A stretch of DNA of 64,000 nucleotides, from assembly GCA_004764695.1 (NCBI GenBank), contig SMSO01000032.1, forward strand, positions 248,001-312,000, given 5' to 3'. Position numbers and translations under genes: made by a program. The DNA comes from Schizochytrium sp. TIO01. Taxonomy: Eukaryota; Protista; Bigyra: Labyrinthulomycetes. How positions within the stretch are numbered: position 1 is the stretch's first letter; each line of letters begins with the position of its first letter. Of this stretch, positions 11,642 to 25,500 are shown one piece after another. The notes beneath the pieces are model-generated. The model worked only from the letters and a program-made list of their open reading frames with translations, was not told the origin of the DNA and ran no database searches.

Positions 11642-12069
11642 CTTCTTCTCTGTAATCCTCGTCTGCTCTCCTCTTCTTGTTATTCTTATCCCAGAGCTAG
11701 CTAGCTTGCTAGCTATCTATGAACGATGTCTGTCGCGGCAATGTCCGTTCCTCCTGCTGCAGGTTAGCTTTCTTCTGTTTCTACTTCGACCTTGGTCTCT
11801 TCGTTTTCTAGTTCTGCTCGACGCTCGAGCTGTAGTTTCGGATTTGCTTGCTCCGGCCAAAGCCTTCCGCGAGCCGCTGAGAACCAGGAATTCCTTTTAT
11901 TCGTAAACACCTCCTACCTCCTACCTACTATGAAAATTAGGTAGAGCAGATACTGCTTTGCATTGCACGCTCTGTGTAGCAGACATTCCAAGTGGGAGGG
12001 TAGGTAGGTAGGTCGTACCTACGCAGCTCATTCGCTCAACTTGTAAGAGGGGAGAGCTGATCGAGCAAG

Positions 12070-12161
12070 CAAACAAACAAACGAACGAACGAACGAACGA
12101 ACAAACAAAGAGTCAACTGCAAAAGCAATCAACTTTCTTTCTTTCTTTCTTTCTTTCTTTC
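12070..12161. repeat. Compound microsatellite (AAAC)n(GAAC)n followed by (CTTT)n
   Basis: Read directly from the sequence. Confidence 0.9.
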
Positions 12162-12879
12162 TCTCGCGATAAATTCTTTCCTTTTAGTTTTTTGGTCCTT
12201 CCCCCCTCACCCTACCACAAACCTCTAAGACCTCCCTAGCGAGTCCTCCCCTTCGGAAGCTCGGCGGCGCCACCTGGTCCGTAAGGTTCGCACCGCCCCT
12301 CGATTGGGCCTGCTTCTTCCTCCAAAAGTAATGCTTTCTCGTTCTGCTTTCTTTGTTTCACTCAGAGTGTGCTAGAATAGAAAAGGGGAAAGATTATGTT
12401 TCTTTTTCAGCGAATTGATACCTATGATGAGAGCTCAAGATGGACTTCTTCTGCCTCTCTCTGCTTCTTCTCCCATTTCAACCAGGCACCTGCGCTTTTA
12501 TTTTCGTGGGTGTAGTGGCTCATTCCCCGGGTTTATGGTCGATTGTGCAATTGATTTTGACCGAGTGTGCAATTGGCTTTGATCGATTGTTCTTTGTTTT
12601 CTTTTCTTCGAGTCCTCTTCATTCTCTAGAGCGAGCTTCTTTACTTTATTATTTTATTTATTATTATAATATCTTATTTTATCTTATTTTAAGTTTTAAT
12701 TTAAGTTTTAATTTTAGTTTTAATTTTAGTTTTAATTGATAAGTATGTTGCCAAGTTTGTTACCTGTGCTAGACTCACGCCGAGGCAGACATACGCGAAC
12801 TTGAGCTGAGCTGGAAAGAGTCACGGTAAAGTCTCCATGTTTCAAGCTTGCTCACTTCGCGACTCCATAGAAATCGTGC

Positions 12880-12880
<1 letters not shown>

Positions 12881-12924
<44 letters not shown>
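12881..12924. repeat. (TGCT)11 microsatellite
   Basis: Read directly from the sequence. Confidence 0.95.
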
Positions 12925-13440
12925 CGAGGTGCGTCGTGGTCGGCGGCTTCTCCAGAGGCGGACTTCCTGAGACCAACCTCAACTTCAACTACTTCAACTT
13001 CAACAACTTCAACTGCTGGTCTCAACTTTTTATCTTTCTTTTCACCCTATTTAACATCATCGCTTTATCAGCATTGTGACCACTATGGTAGAATACTAAC
13101 TTTAAAATCAGCATACTTTTCACATCCTCTTCCATTTTACTATTCTCAAAACAAGCATTAAGAAATGTACCCATACCAATGTAAGGAAGATAGATAAGAA
13201 CTGAAAAAGGACAACTTGAAGGTCAATGAGTTCCTAATAAGGACGGGAATGCGCTGAGAACGGCGCAATCGCAGCCAAAAAAGTCCTTCGCGGCGAGAAC
13301 TTTTGCCAAAGCTTACGGTCCCTGGCAGCAAAGAAAGCTGTGCCATCACTGGAGCAGAGTACTGCTCAGACCTCGCTCGAGCTGTGGCAGGACGGACACC
13401 CCGCGGGAGCGGTTTAAGCTGGTTTTGATGGGGACATGCC

Positions 13441-13581
13441 TCGAATCGAATCGAATCGAATCGATGTGGTGTCTGCCTTGAAGCAATCACGAGCGTGTGC
13501 TTCGAGCTTCGTCATGTGATGTGATGTGATGTGATGTCATGTGATGTGATGTGATGTGATGTCATGTGATGTCATGTCATG
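13441..13581. repeat. (TCGAA)n and (TGTGA/TGTCA)n pentanucleotide microsatellites
   Basis: TCGAA repeats at 13441-13464; TGTGA/TGTCA array at about 13512-13581. Confidence 0.9.
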
Positions 13582-13940
13582 TTGTCTGCAATCAAGGGCC
13601 ATTCGTAAGGGTGAGCAGCACCAGCTCCACGTGCTCCTTCAAGCTTGAGTGCATTGCATTGCGTCAGATTACAGCACCTCGAACTGCTTTACATTGCACA
13701 AGTTCCGCACCGACGATGCATGCATACATGGATACATCCATACCCTCAAGAGCACCATGGTTTTGCATGCAGAGATGTCTATCCTCGCGGCAGAAGAGGT
13801 GGTCTTGAATGTGCTTGGCATTTTTGGCTTTCTCTCCCTCCCTCCAAAGCGGAGCAGCTCCGGCGACGGATGAGACAGCACTAAGGCCTTTCGAAGGCTT
13901 CGTTGCCGCCGCCGCGTTTGCAATTTCGTTCTTTCTCGGT

Positions 13941-13992
13941 AAAGCAAAGCAAAGCAACGCAAAGCAAAGCAACGCAAGGCAAAGCAAAGCAA
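13941..13992. repeat. (AAAGC/AACGC)n microsatellite
   Basis: Read directly from the sequence. Confidence 0.9.
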
Positions 13993-14284
13993 AAAGAAGT
14001 TTCTTATCCCAAACAACTCTAACAAAAGCCTCACGAGTCACGACATACTTCGCAACAAACATGTCCTTTGACTTTATTATCTGCTGCCGCTGCTTACGCC
14101 TATGTCGAGCGTGCATGCCATTTTGTGACCTACCCGCATTGCCGCACTACGCTTAGCGAAGAAGGCGCCAAGACGGACTTTCTTCGAGGTCCTCCACGCT
14201 CGCACAGGCACCGACCGAGCTGAGTCGCTGCCCGGGTCAACGTGCTCCTCTGCAGTGGACTCCGGTGGCCAAGTTCGCCTCTGG

Positions 14285-14333
14285 AGGTCGCCTGGCAAGA
14301 TCCAGGTCGCCTGGCAAGGCAGGTCGCCTGGCA
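14285..14333. repeat. Three exact copies of the 13-mer AGGTCGCCTGGCA
   Basis: Copies at 14285, 14304 and 14321 with 6- and 4-nt gaps; followed by a (TGC)n run. Confidence 0.9.
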
Positions 14334-17300
14334 GGGCGATGCTGCTGCTGCTGCTGCTGCTGGCGATGATGCGAAGGTCTGACCCCGATTGCAGCAGAAC
14401 GAATTGCGAGTTCCGCTCTCTGACGTGAGGAGACTAACGGCACAGGCGGAGAGAACGTGGAGGGCGGCGATGGCGCTCTCTGCGGCTCCGCGAAGATCTC
14501 CCGCTGCGATTGAGGCGCGCCCTCGTTTCGCGCCAAGGGGCCTTGCTTTGTCCGCGCGCCGCCGCCTATCTTGTAGTTCCTTGCGCCGGAGCAGCGCAGC
14601 AAACTGGGGCGCTAGGGACTCTTATCATAACCGCTAGGGAGGCGAAATGTTGGCGGAAAGAAAGAAAGAAAGAGAGAGAGAGAAATGAGAGAGAAAAGAG
14701 AGAGAAATGAGAGCTCTGTTCTGTTATCTCTTTTAAAGCAGAGAAAAAAAGAAAAAAAAAAAGGGAAAAGGGGAAAAAGGGGGAAAAAGTTATCTCTTCT
14801 ATCTCTTCAGAAAGAGGAATTTGCATTCTTGTTCGCTTCAAGTTCTGGTTTCGAGTTGGTTTGTGAAGCTTTGGAGAAACTTGATCTCGACTGGCGCAGC
14901 CGCGGACCTCGCGAAGGAGGCCCACGCTGCAAATAACTGCCTGCTTTAATGGGCCAAGCGGATGCCTCACGCGAAGTCTCGAGGGCCCAAGAGCTTTTAG
15001 AATCAACAGGTTGAAGAGAGAGATTTGGGGGAATTAAGGGTGAGCTTGATTTCTTTCGCACACTCTCAATCCCGAGAGTCCAACCTGAAGAATTAGAATT
15101 TGGACATGGACAGGTAAAGCTTGACGAGAGCGATTGTCGCTCTTGCTCATGCGGTTCTCCCGTGCCAGGTGAAGAAGACAGTCAACCCAGTTATTCGGGA
15201 GCTTTCCTCAACTGCTGCTGCAGATGCCCAAAGTGGCTGGAAAGAGCTCAAGAACTGAAGAACTGATGAAAGAAAGAAGCAAAGTGAAACACCCTTATTA
15301 AGGGAAAGTGAGTCACGTGCCGCTTTGCAGCTCTAAAAGCTGTCTTCTATGACCCAAATAGCCGACAGTTACAGCACAACGGGACTTGATCGAAGGCAGC
15401 ATCAGAGCTACAAAGATCGCCTGAGAGGTCATTTCTATTCGTCCAGATCGCCGTGAGCGTTCATCTCCATCCATGGCCATGGTGCTCAGGTTTGGAGACT
15501 TGGGCTTGAGAACCTGAAGGTGCCTGAGCTCTCGATCGAAAAAAGCTTCGACTCGAAGAGCTGCAGACTGAATGTCAGTCAAGTCAAGCGGCGATGGTTC
15601 CTTTGAAGCCACAATGATGATGATAGCGAGGTCTCCGACGGCTTTATTCCCAATCGCGCGTGCGCACCGCAATTCCGTCAGGTATGCCACAAGGTTACCC
15701 ATCGCCATTGACACTTGAGGGCCCAAAGGTAACTTGTACGTGCTAGTTCGGGTTCTTCCAAGATGCTGGCAATCCTTCTCTTATACTTTGAACAATATAT
15801 ATAATTATTTTATAGTTTGTAATCACAAAAAGAGGTATATGACAGGTATGTGTATGGCATAATGTATAAAGGATTGGATTAAAATAGATAGATTGCTCGT
15901 ATCGTGAAGGATGGTGTAAAACATGGTGCTAAAATAAAAACCCCGCTCGCTCGCGCTTCCACGCTTTGAGGTTGGAATGTGCAATTTCTTCTCCTTCTCC
16001 TTCTCCTTCTCCTTCTGACTCTTGAAGTTTGGTTTTTTCTTTGCTAATGCAGGGCTCTCTTCAGGCGTGTACAAAAGATCGGGAGGACTCTTTGGATTGA
16101 AGCAGCAAGCGAGCGAGCAAGGGACACGTGCAGACATTGTCCAGTAAAATGAAGAAGTTGGTCGAGTCGAAGCTGCTGATCTGCCTTCTTGCACAACTTG
16201 AAGCGAGGATAATCGTTAGGTCTAGCAAGCTAAACGAAATGGAATTGGGCAAGTAACAATTGTAGCCACCTGACGGGCATTCCCTGGAATCCTTGATTCC
16301 TTAGTAAGTCAGCTCGCCTGCCGAGACAAAGGAAACATCGCTGGGCATTACAAACATTTGGCAGGTCTGATTGACTTTAAACTTTGGAGACATGTGCGCG
16401 ACGGTTTAGTTGCCGCGGTCTGTGGCCCGAATCCATGAACGGCACAATGCATGTGCAGTGGTGGCTCGCACCAACTGGCGTTAAATCTTAAGGGTCCCGA
16501 GAAAGCATTTTATTTCTAGCTCGTTACTCTGACGCCACCACAGAGCTCGAAATGCGGACACAAGGCGACCTGGTGAAATGAAGTCATGGAGGCAGCCTTT
16601 GCTTGCTTCCCATGTATGCGAGGGCAGGAGAAGTCGCCAGAGTGCCTGGCGTGGCCACACGCTGCATCCACTCCATCGCCGCCGAGGCTGCCTACAGTCA
16701 GACTTGGACTACAAGAAAGATGTGCACGTGCTGTCAGAATTTGCATTACAGAATAGTTCAATCATTTTTTATTTTTTTAAATAAACATTTTAACTTTCAA
16801 TCTAAAAAAGAAAAGAAAAGAAAAAGAAAAAGCTAACCTTCAAAATTGGAGGCTCAAGCTTCCCTACAGTATAACGTAGGTAGAGGTCGATAGCAGGAGC
16901 TGCAAATGAAAATGAAAATGTTAATGTAAATGAAAATGAAAATGTAATTCGTATGTATCGGTTGAGATCTTTCCAGGTACGTGCTCGCCCAAGCGCCCTC
17001 TATGCTCGAGATGGGAATAACTGTAGAAATGGGCAGAGGCTGGCGCCTGCACGGACTGAAGTAGCGATCGATTGCCTGGTTCTGTAGTTCGAGGAGTGGG
17101 TAAACAAAGAAAGGCTTTGAGAATGATCCCTTGAGGCCACAGGCTCTGGGGAGTGAGTGAAAGGCAAGCTCGAGTTGGACTGCTCTGGGAAGGGAAGGAG
17201 GTTTCGTCTGAGGCCTTGCCTGAAGCAAGATTAGGAAGAATCAAGGAATCCACCTGGCGGCCGCCATGCCCTTAATCCAAAGAAAGCTAGCTAGTTTGCT

Positions 17301-17844
17301 AGCTAGCTAGCTGCGCACAAAGCTGCGCACATGCAGCAGCGAAGAGGGTCAGCAGCAGCAAGCTCGTGGCCTGCGAAACAGACTGCCACCCTCAAGAAGT
17401 GTTCCTGAAATGGTGTAAGATAACGCTGCTGCTGCAGCAGCGGCGAGAAAGGATTCGGACTCACACTTGAGCGGTAGTAGTTCTTTAGCGATTCCAGTGT
17501 CGATGTGCGGTGATGTATTTACCAGCACTAGAAAAGTGGAACTTGCCCTTGAAGAGAACGCCAATAAAAGGAAGCCACACGTGCACAGTTGTGTCCATGA
17601 ATGGCAGCTTCTGCTCTCTCCAGCTGTGTAAGTTGCTGCGAGTCACGAACCCACAGACTAAGAAACTAACAAAGAGTCTCAGCGAGTACTTTTCCTGCCT
17701 CTCTCTCGAGCGACTCGAGCGAGGAACGAGCATCGTAAAACGTGCTACGATGGCAAACAAGCCGCGCCACAACGAGCCGAGCTACGAAGACGCTCAGCCA
17801 ACTTGCCAAAAGGAACTCAAGGAGTACGCAAGACAATCGTTCAC

Positions 17845-17878
17845 TCATTCATTCATTCATTCATTCATTCATTCATTC
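17845..17878. repeat. (TCAT)n microsatellite
   Basis: Read directly from the sequence. Confidence 0.9.
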
Positions 17879-18892
17879 AACCGTGCACTGCAAATACCAG
17901 CTTCACCTCAGGGTCTCTGCAGTGTGACGTGATGCACGAGTCAGAATAAAATGATGATGGCGATGATGTTGATGATGACGAATGAGAAGCAGCACGAAGA
18001 TCGATCGAAACGAAGTTCACCAGGGAGGTTGGCGCATTTGGGGCCGGGTCGAGAATCGCTTAGCGCGCAGGCTTGTTTGGGCCATCACCCTAGCGATCCG
18101 GCAGAATCAGCATTGCAAGACTTCGCAGCAAAAGTTCTCTCCTTGGCGCCCCAAGAGGATGTGACGATGGTGATGGGCACGCCAAAGATCGCCCTGTGCG
18201 AATTTACGGGTTTGCAGTTGCAGTTCCTGTCGATGGATAGCGATGACAGAGATGGCTTTGAAGCTGCGCGCCGCTTCTTCTTTCTCCTACTAAGGCCACT
18301 TATGCTGTGCTGAGCGGGGGTTAGTAGGGTGAGAACGAGCGGTCGCAGACGAGGGACTTCGGGGCGCTTCCGATGCCAGGGTGGAGTCGAGCAAGATGGG
18401 CTTCGTTGTTGGCGCGAGCTTACCCATCCATCATCCATCCATGCCAGCTCCTCGCTTTGCTGCGGTCTGCGTCAAACCCGAGCAGACAGGCAAGCATGCA
18501 TGACTCGACTCGACTCATCTCGAGCTGCTCTAGCTCGCCAACGCCCGCTCAAACAGCTTCGCTAGTTTGCAGACAGGACCCAATACTCGCGTCTTGCCAG
18601 CTGTATCACAGCCTGTGCGCACGTTCACAACGATCGACAACGATCACAATGGCGTTGAGCAGAACAGCCAAAAGAGAGGAACCCTATAACTCTTCATCCT
18701 GAGTTTGCGGAGCACGGCGTCGTCAACTTGTCCCTGAGATCCACATACAAGTCCAAGCAGGGCTGGGACAGGAGGGAGTCACGAATTACCCTCGGAAAGA
18801 AAACACAGACTTGGGCTGACTCAGGTGCGGAAATTACAAGACAAGGGTATGCGGGACGGGAAGTGCCTGTCTCTATGAGCGAGAGCGTTGTT

Positions 18893-18959
18893 TATTGATT
18901 GATTTGTTTGATTGATTTGTTTGATTGATTTGTTTGATTGTTTGTTTGTTTGTTTGTTG
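18893..18959. repeat. Compound (TTGA)/(TTTG) microsatellite
   Basis: Read directly from the sequence. Confidence 0.85.
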
Positions 18960-19511
18960 TGAGTAGCAGAAGGAATTGGAAAGGAGCGCGATTGAATGAT
19001 TGCCGTGGAAAGCAAACAAAGAGGCCGGGCATGGTGGCTGAGAGAGGTTGGGGATTGTTGACGTATGATCGTGTTCCTGTGAAGCAGTTGGTGCTTACTC
19101 AGATCATTCTTCACTCGCTCACTCGAAATTCTGGGGAGGTCCCAGAGATTCATTCTCGCTGTGATTGTTTGTTAGGAGCAGGCCCATGCTGGAAAAGGAT
19201 CACGCAGGTGCACAGCAATGAAATGCTTGCTCGATTAGCAAAAGATCAAACGACTTGAGGAAGCGCTTTGCAGTTTTGCAGTTTTGCAGGCTTCAGAGAT
19301 GCAGCACTATTTCTTTCCCGATTATTTTATTTGCGGGAGCGAGTGAAAGAATATGAGCCCGGGAAGCTGGGAACTACCGCTTCTATGAGACTATCCGGAT
19401 CCTCCTTTAGTTTGATTTGGTTTGGTTTTGTTCGAGAGGGACCATCATGAATTTTGCATCACTTGCATCACATATTGGAGTATCTGAAGTAAAAGAGAAT
19501 TATTTATTGTT

Positions 19512-22500
19512 TTATTTGGCGTGCTTCTTCACGGCTGCAATGATATCCGACTTACGGGCGATCTCAACAATGTAGCGAATGTTGATACGCGCAGTATCGT
19601 AGACAATGAATTCGTTGTAAGCAAGCCAGGCTTCAGAGGAAGTAACCTCCCGCGTCAGTGTCAGAGGAGGGGTTTGCCCGTCAGGCTTGCCAGTCGCTTC
19701 ATCAATGAGGCGTGCAGTTGCAGTTTTTGACATGGGACCATTGTTGAGTGTTACTTCGTAAGAAGATGGCTCTGTTCCATTCTCTGGAACTGCCTGCAAC
19801 GTAATGCTGGCACCCGGGAAGACAGTGTCGGGACTCGAGCGGAAGGCTTCAAGCTTTGCAATTGCTGCTTGAGTGAACTTTATGCGTAAGGTTCTATCCC
19901 AGTTAACCTTGTTGCTCTCACCAGCCCGCCGAATGACTTTGCCCAATGGCACAGAAACACCAGCGGGGTTGAGCACGAGGTCTTGCGAAGGATCTGGTTG
20001 CTTACAGCCGATTCCGACAGTGCTATTAGTGCCTGCGTGGGGCTTCTCCATGTACTCTCCAAATGGAATTTCGTACGGTCGTCCAAGAGCAACCTCTGCA
20101 AGAATGAGGTAAGCCTTTTCACCCTGCTCTGAGGACATACGGCAATAGCCCAAACTCTTTTGAGCAGTGTCTGCGAAGTACACACCTCGTCCAAAAGCCA
20201 GGCCAGCACGAGGCACCTCGGGCGGGGCAATTCGTAGACCCTCGCGCAGGATGCCGAGAACGTTGCAAGCTGAAGTGCCGTGCCACAGGAGACGCCGGCT
20301 GTGCATGTGACGGTTCGAAGGCTCGTTGTGGCGACGAACCTTGAACACTTCATTCACGACCAAATCTTCGCTTGAACCAGTCGTATTGCGAAAGTATTGC
20401 TCAATACATGTGCGCTCTAAGTTTCCAATTTCTAAGGGAGCCAAGTTTGCTCCAGTAAACCGATAGACCTTCTCAAGACAATGCTCTTGATTACGATGCT
20501 GAAAGCCAACTGCGATTAACTGAGCTGCAGTTGTAAGATCCTTGAGGTTCACAAGAAGCTGGGCCGCACGCTTATAGTGAGAATCATTCTCGGACTGAAA
20601 TGGACGTACGGGACCGTCACAGTTATCAGTCATAGGCACCAGCTCATAAAACTCAATGGAGAGTTTGACTAGATGATCAAGAACTTCTCGATGTTTTTCC
20701 ACATCAACTGTGGCTGCATTTCTTAGTGCATCAGCCTCGACAAGCACTCTGGCAATCTCGCGAAGTTTCTTCTCGGCCTTCAGGAGCACATCAATGGAAA
20801 TCTGTCCAAGAGGCAAGTCTGTCTCAAGGAGACCGAGCTCATTAGCAAAACTAGCAAGGGCCTTAGGGTTTGCGATATACTCAAGCATACCGAGCACAGA
20901 CTTGGGTAGAGAAGTCTTGCGAACAGCGTCGGGGAATTCAACGCGATCTTGAAGAACAGTTGCAAGTTCAGGGAGTGGACGACTCTCAAACTTGCGGGAA
21001 ACACGATGAACAATACGATATTTCTTCGGCTGGGCCTCGAAGCTGTCTCGATCGGTCCACAAGTTTCCAGTCTTTGACTTAAAGACCTTTTCGAATTCTT
21101 TAATTGCTTCCTCTCGAGATGAGAACGGTGTCTGCTGAAACTTGCCAGGATTGTCATCAATACGACCCCAATTGTTTATCATGATAACAAGATCTTTAAT
21201 AGGGTCTTCCACGAGTTGTAGCTTGTAAAAGTTGTTAAGAAAGAAATCATATTTCCGATCCACCTTGATGAGGACCACATCGTAGAAATCGTTCTCGCCG
21301 CATGGCAAGACTCTAATACTTTCGCTTTTTAGCTCGCAAACTGGGTTGACTGTGGCTGTTGCTGGAACGGACCGCACAAAGTCCCGTTCGATCTCTACCA
21401 CAGCATCATGGACAGTTTTGGCATATTCTGCAGAGTCCGGAACATTATCCAGTTCTGGCAAGATATCAGCTTCGTCATCCCTGGCCGAAGTTGATGCTTC
21501 TGCATCCTCCATCTCTACATCACCACTCTCTCCATCAAGCTTCTGGCGAAAGTACCGTGCGAGATGCCCACCTGGACGAGCAAGTGCAAGAGTCTCGGCA
21601 GTAACTTCTGCACCGGCCTCAATCAGCAAATTAGCCAGCTTGGTGTTTTCAAATGACCCGAAATCAACAGGCTTAGCTAGAATATCAAGGCACGACTTGC
21701 CCTCCTCATTCTTCTCTTGAATGATTGTCTTCAAAGTGCTTGCACGTTGCTCATTGGCCCCGGGTGCAGATTTGGCCCACGGACGCAGGTTCTTTCGCAG
21801 TACATTGTTTTGGCGCTGTCCCAGAACCAAATCGACGATATATGTGCCGTTCGGCTGCATAGAAACAATCTGGCCTTCATGAAAGTGCCCATAATTATCC
21901 ATGTAAACAAGTACCGAACTTCCCTCGGCAAGGGGTTCAAGAAGCATAGGATCCTTACCAAGAATTAGCAGGTTTTCTGCACCATCGTACTCCCTCACTT
22001 TATTTGAGCACGCCATGTAGGATTCTCCCTCTGCCTCGTCACCCTTTTCCTTACGGTACAGTGCCACGTACTCACTTTCACTATGAAGCTTCAAGTCAGA
22101 AGCGTCGAAAACCTCTGACACATTTGTTTTGCAGAAGCCCGGACATCCCATGGGGGAAACAGTAGCAGGAGGAAGATTTTTCCGCACCTCTGTTAGAACC
22201 CTAAGAAGGGTTGACGCCCTCCAGCGTTGAGCCTCCATGGCATCGCGGATCTCGTCGAATTTCATTTTGACAATCTCATGCAATGTTTTGGTCTGCATAA
22301 GCTTATTAATAACGCCCATGAGAAGTTCGCTACATCCTCTGATGCCACATGAGTGAAATGCTTGCTCAAGGATACCTTTTTCAATTTCCTCCGTTGACGC
22401 AACCTGATTTTGGATGCCAAACTTGAATTTTGTTTGACCATTCTCCGCACGTTCACGAATCACTGGATACAGCGCAGGATCCTTTTGATGGCGTACAAGG

Positions 22501-25500
22501 AAGTACGCACTCGATGAGTTTTCCAGATCCGTATGTGGGGCGGCCACTTCTTCCTTTGTGGTATCCACACCTTTGCTGATCGTAGTTGCCTGGAGGAATT
22601 TCTCAACGAGACCAATGCGATTAAGAGCAACAGCATAATGAAAGGCTGTATTGCCATCGGAAGGGCATCGAATCGAAATGTCTGCACCGAAGCGAAGAAG
22701 ACTCGAAATGATGCATCCCATGGTATTCTCAATCACTCTGTTTTCTGAGGCCAACGTTGCTAGCATCAGAGGGGTGCGTCTGGTTTCGTCACGCGTGATC
22801 GTATTTACATTGGCACCAACGCGCATCAGAAGATCACTTGCCTTAATATTACCAGTAAGGACGGCATGATGCAAGGCATTGAGACCTTTAGCGTCTGAGG
22901 CGTCAAGGTCAAGCTCAAATGAAGCAAGCTTGTTGAAGACTTCCTCGTGCTTGCATTTCGAGGCCTCAATTGCTAGTGTAGAGACAACCTCGCCAGTAGT
23001 GGTATCCTCCTTGTCAGTCTCTACATTTCCATGGCTCTTAAAGCCCTTCCCGCTTGATTCTAGTTCACGTTTGACGGTCTCAACATTGGGACCTGCTTCA
23101 AGCTTCAGACTAACAAACTTGAGCGGGGGTACGTCGAGATTCCCTGCACTGTTCTTGTTCTTGAGAGAAATTGTGACTTTGTTGGAGAGAGTTTTTAAAG
23201 GGCCAAGCGGCTTGGCCAAGATCTCAATGAGTTCAAGCAGGTCCGCAAGGTCTGCTCCATTCTTATTGGCATTTAAGGACGCCACAAGATGCCAAAGAGG
23301 CGGCTGCCCTTGCGCATCCTTTTTAGACACGTCGTTTTGACTGTGCTTCATTAGAAATTGACACAAAGCTAAATCCCCACGACCGGCTGCGAGATGAAGT
23401 GGTAAGCAACCATTTTTGTCTGGCAAGCTTGCATCAACACCCCGTCCAATGAGCTTTTCAGCAAGAAGAACAGACCACTCCTTATTTTGATTCAATGATT
23501 TAGCCGCTGCAATGAGATGAAGCATGTTACGGCCATCTGAGTCACACATCTTCAGGGTATCTAACTTTGCTGTACTGACAAGTTTACGCACCATGTGCAA
23601 GGAACCGCAATCTAGGGCGTCTGCGATAGCCTTTGTGCGTTCAAGCATGGGAAGAACAATGTAAGCAAGTCCCATTTGCTTTTTTGATGACGCATGCCAG
23701 AACATAGATCTGCGAGTCTCCGAAACAACCTCAATTTGCTTCGTCCCATCCTTTTCAACCTCGCGGCGTTGGATATTCACTATATCAGGAAGTTTCTTGG
23801 GGATTTTCTCGCCTGCACTCTTCAGAAGAGTGATGGCAAACATGTCGTGTCCACGAAGCTCAGCGATGTTGAGTGCGTTGTTTCCATCAATGTCTTCAGC
23901 AAACATCCGTGCTCCCTTAGTGAGCAACAGAAGACTCGAGACAACAGAGTTGAAGGCAGCTGCGTACATCAATGGAGTGCGCTCCCAACGATCTCCTGCA
24001 TCAATGAACTCAAGCCCATTCGAAAACTCCAGCAGCGCATTGACAAGTTCGATACGGTCATGAGTCTCTTGACGAGGGAGCGAATGAGGAAAGTTGAAAA
24101 GGTCATTGTGCGCGTGGGCTCCAAGGAACGCGAGATGCATGGGTGAATGTCCATTTTCATCCACAATATCTAGCTGAGCACCTGCATCCATGAGACTAAC
24201 TTCACATGGCTCTAGAGCCTCCCCTTTTCGTTCTGCAGCACGAACAACACTTAAATGCAAAGGTGTCCGGCCTTGCGCATCTTGTAGGTTAATAGTCTTG
24301 CTATTCTCTTTGAGAGCAGTAAGGAGAACACTGAGGGATTTCGCATCATCCCGGTCTGCCACCATGTGCAGTGGAGATCGGCCCTGATCATTAACCTCTG
24401 ACAGCATCGCTGGTGCATTCTTGCAAAGGAGCTTGAGAACGCCAATTTGCTTTTCTGACCCATTATCCTTCCGCTGCAAAGCTATATGAAGCGTGTTATC
24501 CTTCCTGCTACTGTTTTGGGCTTCGAGTCGTAGTCCGCAGCTCAGAAGAGTTTCCAAGGCTTTCGGTCCGACGTTCCCTGAGCCTGCTAGAACGTGCACC
24601 ACAGGCTCTCGGTCTGAGCAACCATTAGACTCAGCCACCGCAAGTCGGCGCTTGAGTCGCAGCATCGCTAGCTCCTCAAATTTGCCTGGTAAATCTTCTA
24701 AATCATCAGACTTGAGACAATGCCGCAATTCGTCGATTTTGTCTTGCTCTTCAGAGGCTGAGAACTTGAAGCTTGTGCGCTCCAGATCGCTTGCAAAGAC
24801 TCCCTCCGCTGGCTCATTTGTATCAAGAAGCTTGCTGAATTTCAGCAGACTTTTGCAGGCGGAAAGGAGTACATTTGGTTCATTTTCTGATTGGAGATTT
24901 GTTGCATTCACAGTATCAGGCTTTTCCTCGCTAGATGATTCATCATCGCTATCATCTAACATATCTTCAGCGCTATAGTCCGAGTCACTATCACTATCAC
25001 CACCCGAAAGGGCATTTTTCTTGCTAGAACGACGATGAGGAGAAGTGGCTTGCACCTGGACAGTTTCGCTACCCTGTTGCTGGGATGTTGTCAGACGCGG
25101 AAGGCGCCGGAGCAACAAGATTTGTACAGGGTTCAAGCGTGAACCAGGGGAACCAGCAGGTTGCACCATGGTGTCCGCGCAGCTTGCTACTAATGGAAGA
25201 AACCATTCCAAGGTACTTTTAAGGAAAGTAAGGTTATTCATCTCCACAAGCATATGAATGACAGTTTTGTCATCATTGTGACGCGAAGAATAAAATTCGC
25301 AAGAAGCTAAGGCAGCTGTTTCGTTTGCCTTTTTACGTCGAAGCTCATCTACATCCTCGATTGTGAAAAATTTAGCGAGAGGGCCTTCCGGAGACTTAAG
25401 AGCTTTGGCAAGCTCTGTTGGAACCCTACGTTCAGCAGAAGGAAGTACCTTTACAGAAAGCATCTCTGGGGGAATGCCAAACTTTGTGCAAAGCGTATGG

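Noticed and set aside
14285-14333. CRISPR-like triple direct repeat
   Set aside because: 13-bp unit with 4-6 nt gaps, eukaryotic context, no cas genes.
12440-19450. Many 60-150 aa ORFs in the SSR island
   Set aside because: Mostly microsatellite translations or non-ATG starts with no recognisable domains.
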